NCBI RefSeq assembly: GCF_009914755.1
Contig: NC_060930.1
Strand: one strand, 5' to 3'
DNA from: the human T2T-CHM13v2.0 reference genome, Homo sapiens
DNA: 64,000 nt
Shown here: piece after piece, positions 1 through 11,966 of the stretch
How positions within the stretch are numbered: position 1 is the first letter of the stretch
Layout: the number at the start of each line of letters is the position of its first letter
Translations under genes and position numbers: made by a program
Notes under the pieces: model-generated
Database searches by the model: none
What the model was told of the DNA's origin: nothing
What the model saw: the letters and a program-made list of their open reading frames with translations, nothing else

Positions 1-230
1 ACCAATGATATGACTGTATACCTAGAAAACCATAAATACTTATCCAAAAAGCTCCTAGATCTGATAAATGAATTCAGTAAAGTTTCAGGATACAAAATCA
101 ATGTACACAAATCTGTAGCACTGCCATATACTAACAGTGACCAAGCTGAGAATTAAATCAAGAACTCAACCCCTTTTATAGTAGCTGCAAAAAAATAAAA
201 TACTTAGGAATATACCTAACCAAGGAGGTT

Positions 231-1196
231 TACTGGGGGAACCAGCCCCCAATATTTCAAAGTATGTTCTTTTCTATTTTCCCTAAGTGTGGGCCAGTCT
301 GAGAAATAAAGAGAAAGAGTACAAAAGAGAGAAATTTACAGCTGGGTCTCCGGGGGTGATATCACATGTCAGCAGGTTCCATGATGCCCACCTGAGCCGC
401 AAAACCAGCAAGTTTTTATTATGGATTTCAAAAGGGGTGGGGGTCTATGAATAGGGAATGGGTCACAGGGATCACATGCTTCAGAGGGCAGTAAAAGATC
501 ACAAGGCAGAGGGCAAAACTAGAATCACTGATGAGGTTCCACATCCCGCTGGGCACACATTGTCATTGATAAACATCTTAACAGGAAACAGGGTTCGAGA
601 GCAGAGAACCAGTATGACTAGAATTTGCCAGGCTGGAATTTCCTAATCCTAGCAAGCCTGAGGGCACTGCAGGAGACCAGGGCATATTTCATCCCTTATC
701 TTCAACCATGTAATTCAGACACTCCCAGAGTGGCCATTTTAGAGACCTCCCCCGGGAATGCATTCTTTTCCCAGGGCTATTCCTTGCTGACAAAAGAATT
801 CAGCGATATTTCTCCTATTTGCTTTTGCAAGAAGAGAAATATGACTCTGTTCTGCCTGGCCCTGCAGGCAGTCAGACCTTATGGTTATCTCCCTTGTTCC
901 CTGAAAATTGCTGTTATCCTGTTCTTTTCAAGGTGCCCAGTTTTCATATTGTTCAAACACACATGCTTTACAAACAATTTATGCAGTTAACGCAATCATC
1001 ACAGGGTCCTGAGGTGACATACATCTTCAGCTTACAAAGATGACAGGATTAAGAGATTAAAGTAAAGACAGGCATAGGAAGTTATAAGAGTATTGATTGG
1101 GGAAGTGATAAATGTCCATGAAATCTTCACAATTTATGTTCTTCCACTGTGGCTTCAGCCGGTCCCTCCATTCAGGGTCCCTGACTTCCCGCAATA
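231..1196 (-). mobile_element. MER11 (HERV-K11/HML-8) solo LTR
   Basis: Minus strand begins TATTGCGGGAAGTCAGGGACCC; 6-bp TSD gaggtt at 225-230 and 1197-1202. Confidence 0.9.
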
Positions 1197-2502
1197 GAGG
1201 TTAAACACCTGTACGAGGAAAATTAAAAACACTGCCGAAAGAAATTATAGATGACACTAACAAGTAGAACCACGTCCCATGCTCATGGAAGGGTAGAATC
1301 AACATTGTGAAAATGACCATACTGCCAAAAGCAATCTACAAATTCAATGCAATCCCCATCAAAATGCCATCATCATTCTTTACAGAGCTAGAAAAAAACA
1401 ATCCTAAAATTCATATGGAACTACAAAAGAGCCCACATAGCCAAAGTAAGATTAAGCAAAACGAATAAATCTGGAGCATCACATTACCTGACTTCAAAAT
1501 ATACTGCAAGGCTATAGTCACCAAAACAGCATGGGAATGGTATAAAAACAGGCACATAGACAAATTGAACAGAATAGAAGTCCCAGAAATAAAACCAAAT
1601 ACTTACAGCCAACTGATCAAACAAAAACATAAAGTGGGGAAAGGACAGCGTATTCAACAGATGGTACTGGGGAAATTGGCAGTCCACATGCAGAAGAATT
1701 AAACTGGATCCTCATCTCTCACCTTATACAAAAATCAACTCAAGGTAGATCAAAGACTTAAATCTAAGACCTGAAACCATAAAAATTCTAGAACATTGGA
1801 AAAACTCTTCTAGACATTGGCATAGGCAAAGAGTTCATGACCAAGAACCCAAAAGCAAATGCAAAAGAAACAAGATAAATAGATGGGACCTAATTAAACT
1901 AAAAAGTTTCTTCAAAGGAAAAGAAATAATCATCAGAGTAAACAGCCCACAGAGTGGGAGAAAATATTCGCAAGCTATACATACAAAAAAGGACTAATAT
2001 CCAGAATCTACAAAAAACTCAAACAAATCAGCAAGAAATAAACAAATACTCCCATCAAAAAGTGGGCTAAGCAGAGGAACAGACAATTCTCAAAAGAAAA
2101 TATACAAATGGTTGACAAACATATGAAAAAATGCTCTACATCACTAATTATCAGGGAAATGCAAATCAAAACCACTATGTGATACCAACTTACTCCTGTA
2201 ACAATGGTCATAATTTAAAAATAAAAAAAAAAATAGACGTTGGGGTAGGTGTGATGAAAAGAGAACACTTCTATGCTACTGGTGGGAAATTAAACTAGTA
2301 CAACCTATGGAAAACAGTACAGCGATGCCTTAAAGAACTAGAAATAGATCTACCATTTGATCCAGCAATCCCACTACTGGAGGAAAAAAGCCATTGTATG
2401 AAAAAGACACTTGCACACACATGTTTACAGCACCATGATTCACAATTGCAAAAATATGGAACCACCCCAAATGCCCATCAGTTAATGGGTGAATGAAGAA
2501 AA

Positions 2503-2640
2503 TGTGATATATATATATGTGATATATATATATGTGATCTATATATATATAGATCTATATATATATATATATATATAGATCACATATATATATATATGAT
2601 CTATATATAGATCACATATGATATATATGTGATCTATATA
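2503..2640. repeat. Compound (TA)n / GATC palindromic microsatellite inside L1
   Basis: Repeated gtgatctatata...tatagatcac units read directly. Confidence 0.9.
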
Positions 2641-3141
2641 CCTTAGAATACTACTCAGCCATAAGAAAGAATGAAATAACATTTGCAGCAACCTAGGGGG
2701 AATTAGAAACCATTATTTTAAGGGAAGTAACTCAAGAATGGAAAACCAAATATTGTATGTTCTCACTTATAAGTGGGAGCTAAGCTATGAAGACACAAAG
2801 GCATAAGAATTATATAATGGACTTTGAGGACTTCCAGGTATGAGTAGGAGCTGGGTAAGGGATAAAAGACTACACACTGGATACAGTGTACATTCCTCAG
2901 GTGATGGGTGCACCAAAACCTCAGAAATCACCACTAAAGAACTTATCCATATAACCAAACACCACCTGCTCCCCAAAAACTATTGAATTAATTTTTCAAA
3001 ATGATTTTTTAAAAAACTTTTATTGGAAGGACCCTCCGGAGTTCTGAGGAGGAGGCCTGAGCATATGTGGGGAAGGCACAGATGAACACATAGGAGGGAT
3101 CTCTAAGAAAACAATGGCCACCAGGTCACTGCTAGACTCAC

Positions 3142-3183
3142 CACAGGGCCTTCTAAACCAGGGGGCCCCTCCACGAGCATACC
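3142..3183 (-). pseudogene. COL11A2P1: COL11A2 exon 10 homolog (42 bp)
   Basis: cag|GGTATGCTCGTGGAGGGG...CCTGTG|gtgagt = GMLVEGPPGLEGPV. Confidence 0.88.
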
Positions 3184-3288
3184 CTGTGGAGTCAAAGGTT
3201 AAAACTCACAGGTGACAGGGCCAGCACACTAAACCCCACTTGCTTCTCCTCTTTCCACCACCTCAGCCCTGTGACCAGCATGACTTAC

Positions 3289-3348
3289 AGGTTCCAGCAC
3301 TGCAGGCTCTCTCTTCTCTCCCTTCAGCCCCCGGGGCCCATGGGCAGC
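3289..3348 (-). pseudogene. COL11A2P1: COL11A2 exon 9 homolog (60 bp)
   Basis: tag|GCTGCCCATGGG...GAACCT|gtaagt = AAHGPRGLKGEKREPAVLEP. Confidence 0.88.
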
Positions 3349-4564
3349 CTAAGGGAGACACACATGTAACCCCAGTGGGGCCCATGAGCAGCCAGGACAC
3401 CAGGCCTGCCCCCATCTCAACTCCAACCTCGATTTTGGGTCCTCTGGAGACCAGACCAGCCCTACCCACAAGCCCCACAGGCTTCCTCTAAATACTTCTG
3501 TTCACAAAACTCTCATGCCTGCCAAGGAGATCTCAGGGTTCCCTGCACCCCAGTTCTCAGTCCCACCTCAGCAAACACAACCTCTCCAAATCCTGAAGAG
3601 CCTCTTTCAGAAAGAGGACTTTGAGTCTTTCAGTCTTTCTCCAAAAAAGAAAAGGTATATGCCCTTATGCACAAAATTTTATTTAGAATTTGAAGGAGTT
3701 AAAAAATGTAAAAACCCTGCACAGGTTAAGTATCCATACTCCAAGTAAATTTGGAGAGCATTTCCCAGAGATATTCCAAACTCAGGCCTCATAACTGCCT
3801 TTTGCAAAACATACAGTTCTTGGGCTCAGTTATCCAAGCCCCAGAGCAGCCCCCTACAATGCACCCCACAGTTCCTCTCCCAGCAGGATGCTTTGCCCTT
3901 CTTCTGGCCCTCATGTACACTCCAAGCCAACCAGTTCCCTCCCTTGCACACCTCCATTCAGATGCCTGTTCCCAAATCCAGGCCATAGCCAAGATAAGGG
4001 TGGGGAGAAGGTGAAACATTCACCACCACCCCAACTCCCCAAAACAAAGATCTTCAGAATGCCCCTCTCCACCTTCATCCTGACAGCAATGATCCGTTTC
4101 AAAATTCTCCCAGATCCCACATCAACCCCAAAGACCCAGACAGCAGCATAAAGGAAAGGCAGCAGAAGCTCACGGGTGCCAAGAGCAGGAGGTGTGGGAT
4201 GCAGCAGCAGGGTAGAAAAGGCAGCCATAACTGCAAGGCAGGCAGAAGATGTAGCAGAGTAGACAGGAAGCAGTCCAACTGACAGAGAATACTGGAAGAT
4301 ATGAGAACAACTAAGGGACACAAAATAAAATGACAAACACTTGGATGCAAGAGTGATGCCAGGGCCAAGGAAAATTAAACATGGCCAAGATGGCCACAAA
4401 ACAAACTGGACAAACAGGAAGTGGCTGTACAGACAGGAAGCAGCCAAGAAAAGAGGATCTGGGAAGTGAACCTTCAACAATATGGCTACCATGACCCAGA
4501 GTGAAAAGAAAGGCACAAAACAGGTACAATGGGACTCCTGCAGAGGGAATTATGCATGCAAGGC

Positions 4565-5110
4565 TTAGTGGGTAGATGAGCGGGAGGTACAGAGTAGATG
4601 GAATCAGATGAGTGAATAGATAGATGGGTGGAATTGAATACATGGTTGAGTGAACGGTTGGATGTGAAGTGAGTGGGTGAGGAGATGGGTGCATGAGTGT
4701 ATTGAAGGAGAGAGTGGTTGAGTTCCAGGAAGGATAATGGATAGATGGGTGGCTGAACAGATGCATGCATCCTTGTATGCATGGGTAGATGGGGTGTGTG
4801 AGTGGGTGGGTGAGTGAATAGATGGATGGATAAGTTGAAGAGGACAGATGAACAAAAGCATAGTCGAATAGATGTGTGTAAAGAAGGGGAGAGTCATTAA
4901 GCAGGGGGAGGATGGACAGGTGAGTGGATATAAGCCTTCATGCATGAGTAGATGGGTAAGTTTGTGATGCATAGGTGGGTAAATGGTTGCGGGAGTGGGT
5001 GGTGGATGTGTGCGTAGGTGGACTGGTGAATGAGTGGATGGATGGGGTGGATGAGGAGAGAGATAGGTTCAAGGGATGGATAGATGGAGAGATGAAGACT
5101 GAAGGATAGA
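4565..5110. repeat. Degenerate (TGGA)n low-complexity tract
   Basis: Runs of gatgg/tgagt/ggat; source of the His/Pro-rich chance ORFs. Confidence 0.85.
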
Positions 5111-5320
5111 ATAAGTGGCTGTGGACAGTCCTGCCACATAAGTGGACATCTAGTTATTCTGCAGAGATCAGCAGTCCTGAAGATAGGAAATGCAAATCAA
5201 AATTCACAAGAAAAAAAATGAAGGCTTAGGAAATAGGAACATTGCATACTGGGGCCAGAAGAGGAGTGGGCACAAAATAAGGGACCAGAAGTCACTCCTT
5301 TCTCTGATTTTTGTGGTAAC

Positions 5321-5484
5321 CTCAAAGACTTTCTTCATCTGGGATACAGGCACCAACAATTATCACCCCACAGGTGTCCAACACTGGACTAGTTCTTCAG
5401 GGGAGAGGCCGGGTGACTCACATCTTGCAGTCAACAATGAGGGTGACAGACTGGCCCTTCATGGCCATAGCCACAAGGTGCCAC
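5321..5484 (-). pseudogene. COL11A2P1: COL11A2 exon 4 homolog
   Basis: cag|GTGGCAC...TTTGAG|gttacc; KGQSVTLIVDCK, two TGA stops, +1 insertion near DEE. Confidence 0.9.
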
Positions 5485-5579
5485 CTGGTCATGGAGTGAG
5501 AGGTTCAAGTGACTGACTGAAGCAGGGGCGTCAACAGGGTTGGAGATCTGTTGATGAAAGTTGAAACCAATGACGATGA

Positions 5580-5790
5580 GAGCAGTAATCACAATAGCTG
5601 CCATTTATCAAGTGCTTACAGTGCAACAAACACTGTGCCATCACTTTCTCACTTGTTTGTGCCAATTCTATTTACTGTCCATCCTAAGATGTAGAAACTG
5701 AGGCTCAAAAAATTTAAGTAACTTGCCCAAGGTACAGGCTAACACAACTTGCAGAGAAGGATGCACTCTAAGCCCAAACTCTGGGCTAGA
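5580..5790 (-). mobile_element. MIR
   Basis: gaaactgaggctc...aagtaacttgcccaagg core. Confidence 0.7.
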
Positions 5791-5930
5791 AGTGACTGAA
5801 CTTTGGGCAGTGCGTAGGTGTGTTGTGGCCAAAAGAAGGAACAGGGTTTCACAGTTTAGAGCGTACAGGTTCTAGGGCACTTTCTCACAAAAGTGTGGGC
5901 CAGGCAGACCAGAGGAGCAAATAGACTTAC

Positions 5931-6137
5931 TTGCCAACTACTAGGGTGAGGCCTCAGAAGACGGGCTAAGCAGGTTGAAGTCGTCCAGTCTGATCCTCAT
6001 ACAGGAAGCTGACAAGTTGGCCTGGCTCCAGGCTCAACTGTTGGACACCTGGGCACTGCAGAGAATCAGGAGGGGAGCTTGGAGACCAGGACGGGTCCAG
6101 AAAACAGTCAGGAGAAAGAAATCTTTAGGAAATCCTC
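5931..6137 (-). pseudogene. COL11A2P1: COL11A2 exon 3 homolog (N-propeptide TSPN domain)
   Basis: cag|GAGGATTTCCTAAAGAT...GGCAA|gtaagt; [25 protein letters not shown] with frameshift and stops. Confidence 0.9.
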
Positions 6138-6252
6138 CTGGTACCCGAGAGAAATACACACAGAGTGAGAGGCAAAGAGAGCCACCACCCCTTTCCTCCT
6201 GGTGTCTGATTCCAGACCCCACCCCATTACCTCCCTCACCGTGTCACTACAC

Positions 6253-6392
6253 TTAGGAAGAGGTAGAGGGTGGGTGTGCTGAGTTGGGCAGTTTATGACA
6301 CTCAGTAGATAGACAGATACCCCTTGCCCTCCAGACACCATCAGGGAAGTAGGGGAAACTCAGGCCCAGGAGCAAATCCACAGGGGGTGCAC
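6253..6392 (-). pseudogene. COL11A2P1: COL11A2 exon 2 homolog
   Basis: cag|GTGCACCCCCTGTGGAT translates GAPPVDLLLGLSFPYFPDGVWRARGIC (COL11A2 [26 protein letters not shown]); internal deletion. Confidence 0.85.
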
Positions 6393-7649
6393 CTGGGAGA
6401 GTCCATGAGGGTCAGGGGAAGGGACACGCCCTCAGGAGGGAATAAATGGGGGACTTTGTCTCAGAAGGGAGTGCAACTTGCACTTGTGGTCACAGAGGGC
6501 TGCTAAGAACTCCTCAACAGGACAGTTCAGTTATGGAAACTGGGAAGGGGTAAGACTAGGAAGAGAGGAGGCTGGAGAAGTGTGTGATGTCGCTGAACAG
6601 TGTGCAGCAGGAGGGAAGGGGTGCAGATGAGAAGAGAACTTGAAGGGTCAGCAATTCCATCAGCCTTTGGGGTAGAGAGCACATGAATTGAGAAAGAAAG
6701 CTGAGATATAGCTTGTAAAACAGCTGGAATTCAGATCTCTCCTAAGTCCTCTTCCTTTCACATATTTTGTCACCTGCCTCGAGACACACACAGTTACTGT
6801 CATCCCTGGGTTCAGTACTGTAAGCCCAGACCCATCTTCCCTGCTCCCTTTATACCTGATCCTCCTATTTCTCTGCCCTGTTTAGGTCCCAGGCAGAAGC
6901 TAGGTGGTCATCTCTGTGCCCTCTCTGGTCCTCCAGGTGAACAGAACTTAGCATTCAAGGAGTTCCCTAAAGTCAATTAATTTCACCCCCAAACCCCAGC
7001 TGACTTTGAGGGCATCCGCATGCATCATGTCGCCAACATATCCTGACAAGGGGAAGGGCCACATTTCTGAAGCCAGAGAAGAAGCTCAATTCTGGAATGA
7101 TGGGGATGAAGGAGAAATAATTGCTCACATTATGTAAAACTGCTCTCTGAAAGGATTTCAAAACCAAGGTAAGATTTCTGAAATGACTTCTGTTGAACTT
7201 CTGACTCCACTCTACTTCCTCCTTCCTGGAAATCTTTACCTCCTTGGCTTATGTGCCAGTATATTCTACTAATTCTTCTGCCTCTCTGCTTCTCCATTTT
7301 CTTTGAATAGTTCTCTTTTGACATTTTGTTCATTATATATTTTCCATTAATTTAGATTTCTTAAGATATTTCATTAAAATATGATTGACTTTTATTACTG
7401 AGTTCTTTTGGTATCCTCCTAAATTTTGCACCTAAGGTAAGTGCATCCCTAGTCCCAGCCTGGCTTTCCACACTGTCTCTTAATATCTAACATTCTCTAT
7501 TTATTTCATTCATTTCATGTAAATAATTGTAAATCCTTATAGATAGAATTATAAATGTGTGTAAACAATGAAAAATTGAAAACAGAGAGAATATATCCTA
7601 TGTCCTACTGGATATTAACATATACTACAATGTCATAGTAAAAAAATAG

Positions 7650-8350
7650 TATCAAAAGCCTACTATATGTCGAACATTGTTAGATGCTAAATATTCAAAT
7701 AAAAGTAAGACATAGGTCTTGTCCTCCTGATGTTTACAGTTCACAGAAGAGAACACAAGTGACAAGACAACAGCAGGCCCAGATGGATAAGTGCAGATAT
7801 GGGGCAGGCACAAGATGCTGCTGTCAAGGCATCAGGGAAGGTTTCCTGGGGAACAGATGGCTTCAATGTAGGCAGTCCGAAAACAGGGCAGAAGCCACTT
7901 CTCACACAGGAGGAAGCAGGTTCAAAAGTGTGGGCCCAGTGTGGCAATGACATATCTGAAGAACTTCAGCTGCTTCAGTATGAATGGAGCCAGCTTTGGA
8001 TGTGGAACAGCAGCAAGAAAAAAGGAAAAATAGACAGGCAGGGGCTGGATCATGACAGATGTTACATGCAAAGCTCAGGAGTGGCTACTCTGTCCTGGAA
8101 GTCATAAGGAATCATTGAAGGATTTTAAGCAGGAGAGTGATGGCGCATTTGCAATTTAGGAAGATCACTACGGCAACAGTGGGCAGCATGAGTGAAAGAA
8201 GTTGGTTCAAGAGGCAAGACTAATAGTGCCTGAACAAAGAGTGAGGAAATGGGCATAGGAGTAAAATGATGGAAGAAGAGGACTTAATTTGATTGACATT
8301 AAAGGGATTATTGGTGAGTGATGTCGGTGGCATCCGACTTAGAAAACTCC
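7650..8350 (-). mobile_element. L2 remnant
   Basis: gaatcattgaaggattttaagcaggagagtga and cctactatatgtc motifs typical of antisense L2. Confidence 0.65.
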
Positions 8351-8429
8351 CAGATAACTCTTATTCCTAGACTGGCCAATGCAATCATCTCTTTTGTGTG
8401 TGTGTGTGTAAGTGTGTGTCACTTTTCTA

Positions 8430-8740
8430 AATTATTTTGATTGACAAAAATTATTTATATTTATCATGTATAATATGTTGTTTTGAAATGTATGTACATC
8501 ATGGACCGGCTACATCAAGCTAAAGAACTTATGGCTCACCTCACATACTTATTTTTTGTGGTGAGAACACTTAAAATCCACCCTTTTAGCAATTTTCAAC
8601 AATACATTGTTAGCAACTATAGTCCATGTTATACAATAAAACTCTTAAAATTATTCCTCCAATCTAAATGAAATGTATCTTTTGAAATGTATCCTAAATG
8701 AAATGAAATGGATGTATCCTTTGACCAACATCTCCCCAAC
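8430..8740 (-). mobile_element. Old L1M 3' end
   Basis: ttttgtggtgagaacacttaaaatc...ttagcaattttcaa. Confidence 0.7.
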
Positions 8741-9349
8741 CCAATGCAAACATCTTGATTCCATTCATTAAAAAGGGTAATGAGAGAAGACAGCCTGACT
8801 GAGAGAAGAGACTGAGTTCAGTGTGGGGCTATTGCACTTAGAATGTCTAAAAGTTATCTAAGGAAAAATAATATGTAAACATTTTTGTATGATGGGTGGT
8901 CTCAGTAGAGGAGTTTAAGCCAGAGAACTGAGAGTCATCAAGCATAGGTGCAGGTTAGATGAGCTTTTCCAGGAAGAGTGCCAAAAATCAGAAATGCAGG
9001 GATCTCAGGGTATGATGAGAGAACATAATAATTAAGAGGAGATTTCAAAGGATGATAAGGAGGATTCAGTAAATAGGAGAAAAATAAGGACAGAGTAGCT
9101 CATTAGAAAGAAGTGGATTATGGTGCAAATATTATCAGTAACTCAAGTCAGAGGCACTGACAAGAACCCACTGGATTTGACCTTCTACAGAGGTTTCTGA
9201 TGGCCGTGATGAGAGGATCCTCAGGGGTGTACTGGAGACAAAAGTCAGAAGCTTAGCTCCAAGTGTGAGGACACAGAGAGAGTGTCTCTAGGGTAGGATG
9301 CAGACTGAAGGCAAGGTTGTTTTTTATTAGTTGGTTCATGGTTATGTTG

Positions 9350-10700
9350 CTTTTTTCCCCCGTAGGTTATAGTGGTACAGGTAGTATTTGGTTACATGAG
9401 TAAGTTCTTTAGTGATGATTTGTGAGATTTTGGTGCACCTATCACCTGAGCAGTATCCCTTGCCCCCTCCCACCTTTCCTCTCAGGTCCCCAAAGTCCAT
9501 TGTATCATTCTTATGCCTTTTCATCCTCTTAGCTTAGCTCCCACATATCAGTGAGAATATATGTTTAGTTTTCCATTCCTGAGTTAGTTCACTTAGAATA
9601 ATGGTCTCCAATCTCATCCAGGTCGCTGCAAATGCCATTAACTCATTCCTTTTTACGGCTGAGTAGTATTCCATCATATATATATCACAGTTTCTTTACC
9701 CACTCGTTGATTGATGGGCATTTGGGTTGGTTCCATGATTTGTGATTGTGAATTGTGCTGCTATAAACACGTATGTGCAAATATCTTTTTCATATAATGA
9801 CTTATTTTCCTCTGGGTAGATGCCCAGTAGTGGGATTGTTGGATCAAATTATAGTTCCACTTTTAGTTCTTTAAGGAATCTCCTCACTGTTTTCCACAGT
9901 GGCTGTACTAGTTTACATTCCCACCAGCAGGGTAGAAGAGTTCCCTGATCACCACATCCACACCAATATCTACTGTTTTTTTATTTTTTTATCATGGCCA
10001 TTCTTGCAGGAGTAAGGTGGTATCACATTGTGGTTTTGATTTGCATTTCCCTGATCATTAGTGATGTTGAGCATTTTCTTATGTTTCTTGGCCATTTGTA
10101 TATCTTCTTTTGAGAATTGTCTATGCATGTCCTTAGCCCACTTTTTGATGGGGTTGTTTGTTTTTTCTTACTGATTTGCCTGTGTTCATTGTAGATTCTG
10201 GATATTAGTCCTTTGTCAGATGTATAGATTGTGACTACTCTGTGGGTTGTCTGTTTATTCTGCTGATGGTTCCTTTTGCCGTGCAAAAGCTCTTTAGTTT
10301 AATTAAGTCTCAACTATTTATCTTTGTTTTTATTGAATTTGCTTTTGGGTTCTTGGCCATGAAATCCCTGCCTAAGCCAATGTCTAGAAGGGTTTTTCCA
10401 ATGTGATCTTCTAGAGCTTTTATAGTCTCAGGTCTCAGGTTTAAGTCCTTAATCCATCTTGAGTTGATTTTTGTATAAGGTGAGAGATGAGGACCCGGTT
10501 TCATTCTCCTACATGTGGATAGCCAATTATCCCAGCACCATTTGTTGAAAAGGGTGTCTTTCCCCACCATATGTTTTTGTTCGCTTTGTCGAAGATCAGT
10601 TGGCTGTAAGTATTTGGGTTTATCCCTGGGTTCTCTATTCTGTTCCCTTTGTCTATGTGCCTATTTTTATACCAGTACCATGCTGTCTTGGTGACTATGG
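9350..10700 (-). mobile_element. L1PB-like 3' fragment
   Basis: tttggttacatgagtaagttctttagtg 3' UTR; ORF2 remnant [19 protein letters not shown]. Confidence 0.85.
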
Positions 10701-11654
10701 CAGGGAACGTGAGCTTTTTCCCCGCAATCCTATACTGGCCCCTTCTACTGCATAATTATTTTCTTCTCTTGAATTTTACATGCTAGTCTTCTATTTACAT
10801 TTTAACATTTATATAAACAAATGATGCCACTTTTACATTTTCTTTATTAGATTAGGAGGTCGTACAGGATCACATTTATAGGTCTTTAAATTAAGGAGTA
10901 ATATTCTTTGAAAGTTTATGAAACTATTCAGTATAAACACCACAGAATCAGATGTTTTGGAAAATGTAGGGTCTTTTATGACATTTTTTCATTTCTTCCT
11001 CATTCACTGTATAATTTTTAGTCTCATTTTTCCAAAGCAATTACAGATCCGTTGATCTAATTTGACCTTAAGAGCCCTGCTGTAAAGGCAGGTCATATCA
11101 TCCCCATACTGAAGACAAAGAACTGAAGTCCAAGACAGGCAGTGTCCTTCAAGCTGCATACTTCCATGGTAGTGTAGGTGGTGTGTCCATGCTCCCAGGT
11201 GTAAGGCCCCTAGACTGAGCCCTGCTGACCCTGATGACAGTCCTATGGAAGGAGCCAGTATCCCCCGCACATCTCAGGACTCACAGACATGTGGGAGGAA
11301 GAAAATATGAATGTGCACTAATCTGAAGCACGGCCTTGAACAAAGGCAAAACAGACTCCAGGCCTCATTTTCAGTTCTGGGATGGATACTCTAATCTCTC
11401 TAAATCATGCCACTGAATGACCTTTTACACATTGAGATAGCATTTCTTCCACACCAGGCCATGTCCTGTGGGTGTGTGAGGTGTGGCAGAATTGGGGAAA
11501 TGATAATCCCTGTAGGTGGGCCAGCAGAATATCTGAGATCACCTTCAGAGCAAAGAAAACACATCATCTCCCCAAAACTCATGACTCTGACTGGTTAAAA
11601 TGAGTGTCAGTGTTCTCCATCTGTCCTCGTAACAGCATCACTGGCTCTATATTG

Positions 11655-11745
11655 TCAGATCTTTAATACTAACTTTCTGCCCAGTGAGCAATGACTCATA
11701 CAAAGCTCAGTGCCCATTGGTTCTTTTCTCAGAGTCTGTCCAATC
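11655..11745 (+). promoter_or_regulatory. HLA-DPB2: MHC class II S-X1-X2-Y promoter module of HLA-DPB2
   Basis: X1 cccagtgagcaatg 11680-11693, X2 tgactca 11692-11698, Y cccattggtt 11713-11722, CCAAT 11740-11744, in the DPB1 arrangement. Confidence 0.85.
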
Positions 11746-11866
11746 CTAGGGTCACAGAAGACTGCTTGGGTTCATGGTCTCTAATATTTCAGACAGGAGC
11801 TCCCTTTAATGAGTTCTTGTTTTCCTGACTGCAGCTCTCTTCATTCTGCCAACCTTTTCCAACTCC

Positions 11867-11966
11867 ATGATGATCCTGCAGGTTTCAGGGGGCCCCTGGA
11901 CAGTGGCTCTGACAGCATTACTGATGGTGCTGCTCATATCTGTGGTCCAGAGCAGGGCCACTCCAG
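11867..11966 (+). pseudogene. HLA-DPB2: DPB2 exon 1 (signal peptide), open
   Basis: MMILQVSGGPWTVALTALLMVLLISVVQSRATP, 100 bp, donor gtaaga. Confidence 0.95.

Larger units (their letters stand above)
1..3010 (+). mobile_element. L1 (L1PB-like) ORF2 remnant and 3' UTR, split by a MER11 LTR
   Basis: L1 ORF2 text (aaattcagtaaagtttcaggatacaaaatcaatgtac; ccaaaacagcatgg) and L1PB-type 3' end accactaaagaacttatccatataaccaaacaccacctg; many stops. Confidence 0.85.
3142..6392 (-). pseudogene. COL11A2P1: Unprocessed collagen XI alpha-2 fragment pseudogene
   Basis: Five exon homologs with splice sites: 6253-6392 (GAPPVDLL), 5931-6137 ([24 protein letters not shown]), 5321-5484 (WHLVAMAMKGQSVTLIVDCKM*), 3289-3348 (AAHGPRGLKGEKREPAVLEP), 3142-3183 (GMLVEGPPGLEGPV); stops and frameshifts. 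Confidence 0.92.

Noticed and set aside
3911-5139. Long minus-strand hydrophobic and His/Pro-rich ORFs
   Set aside because: They come from purine-rich intron and (TGGA)n low-complexity sequence.
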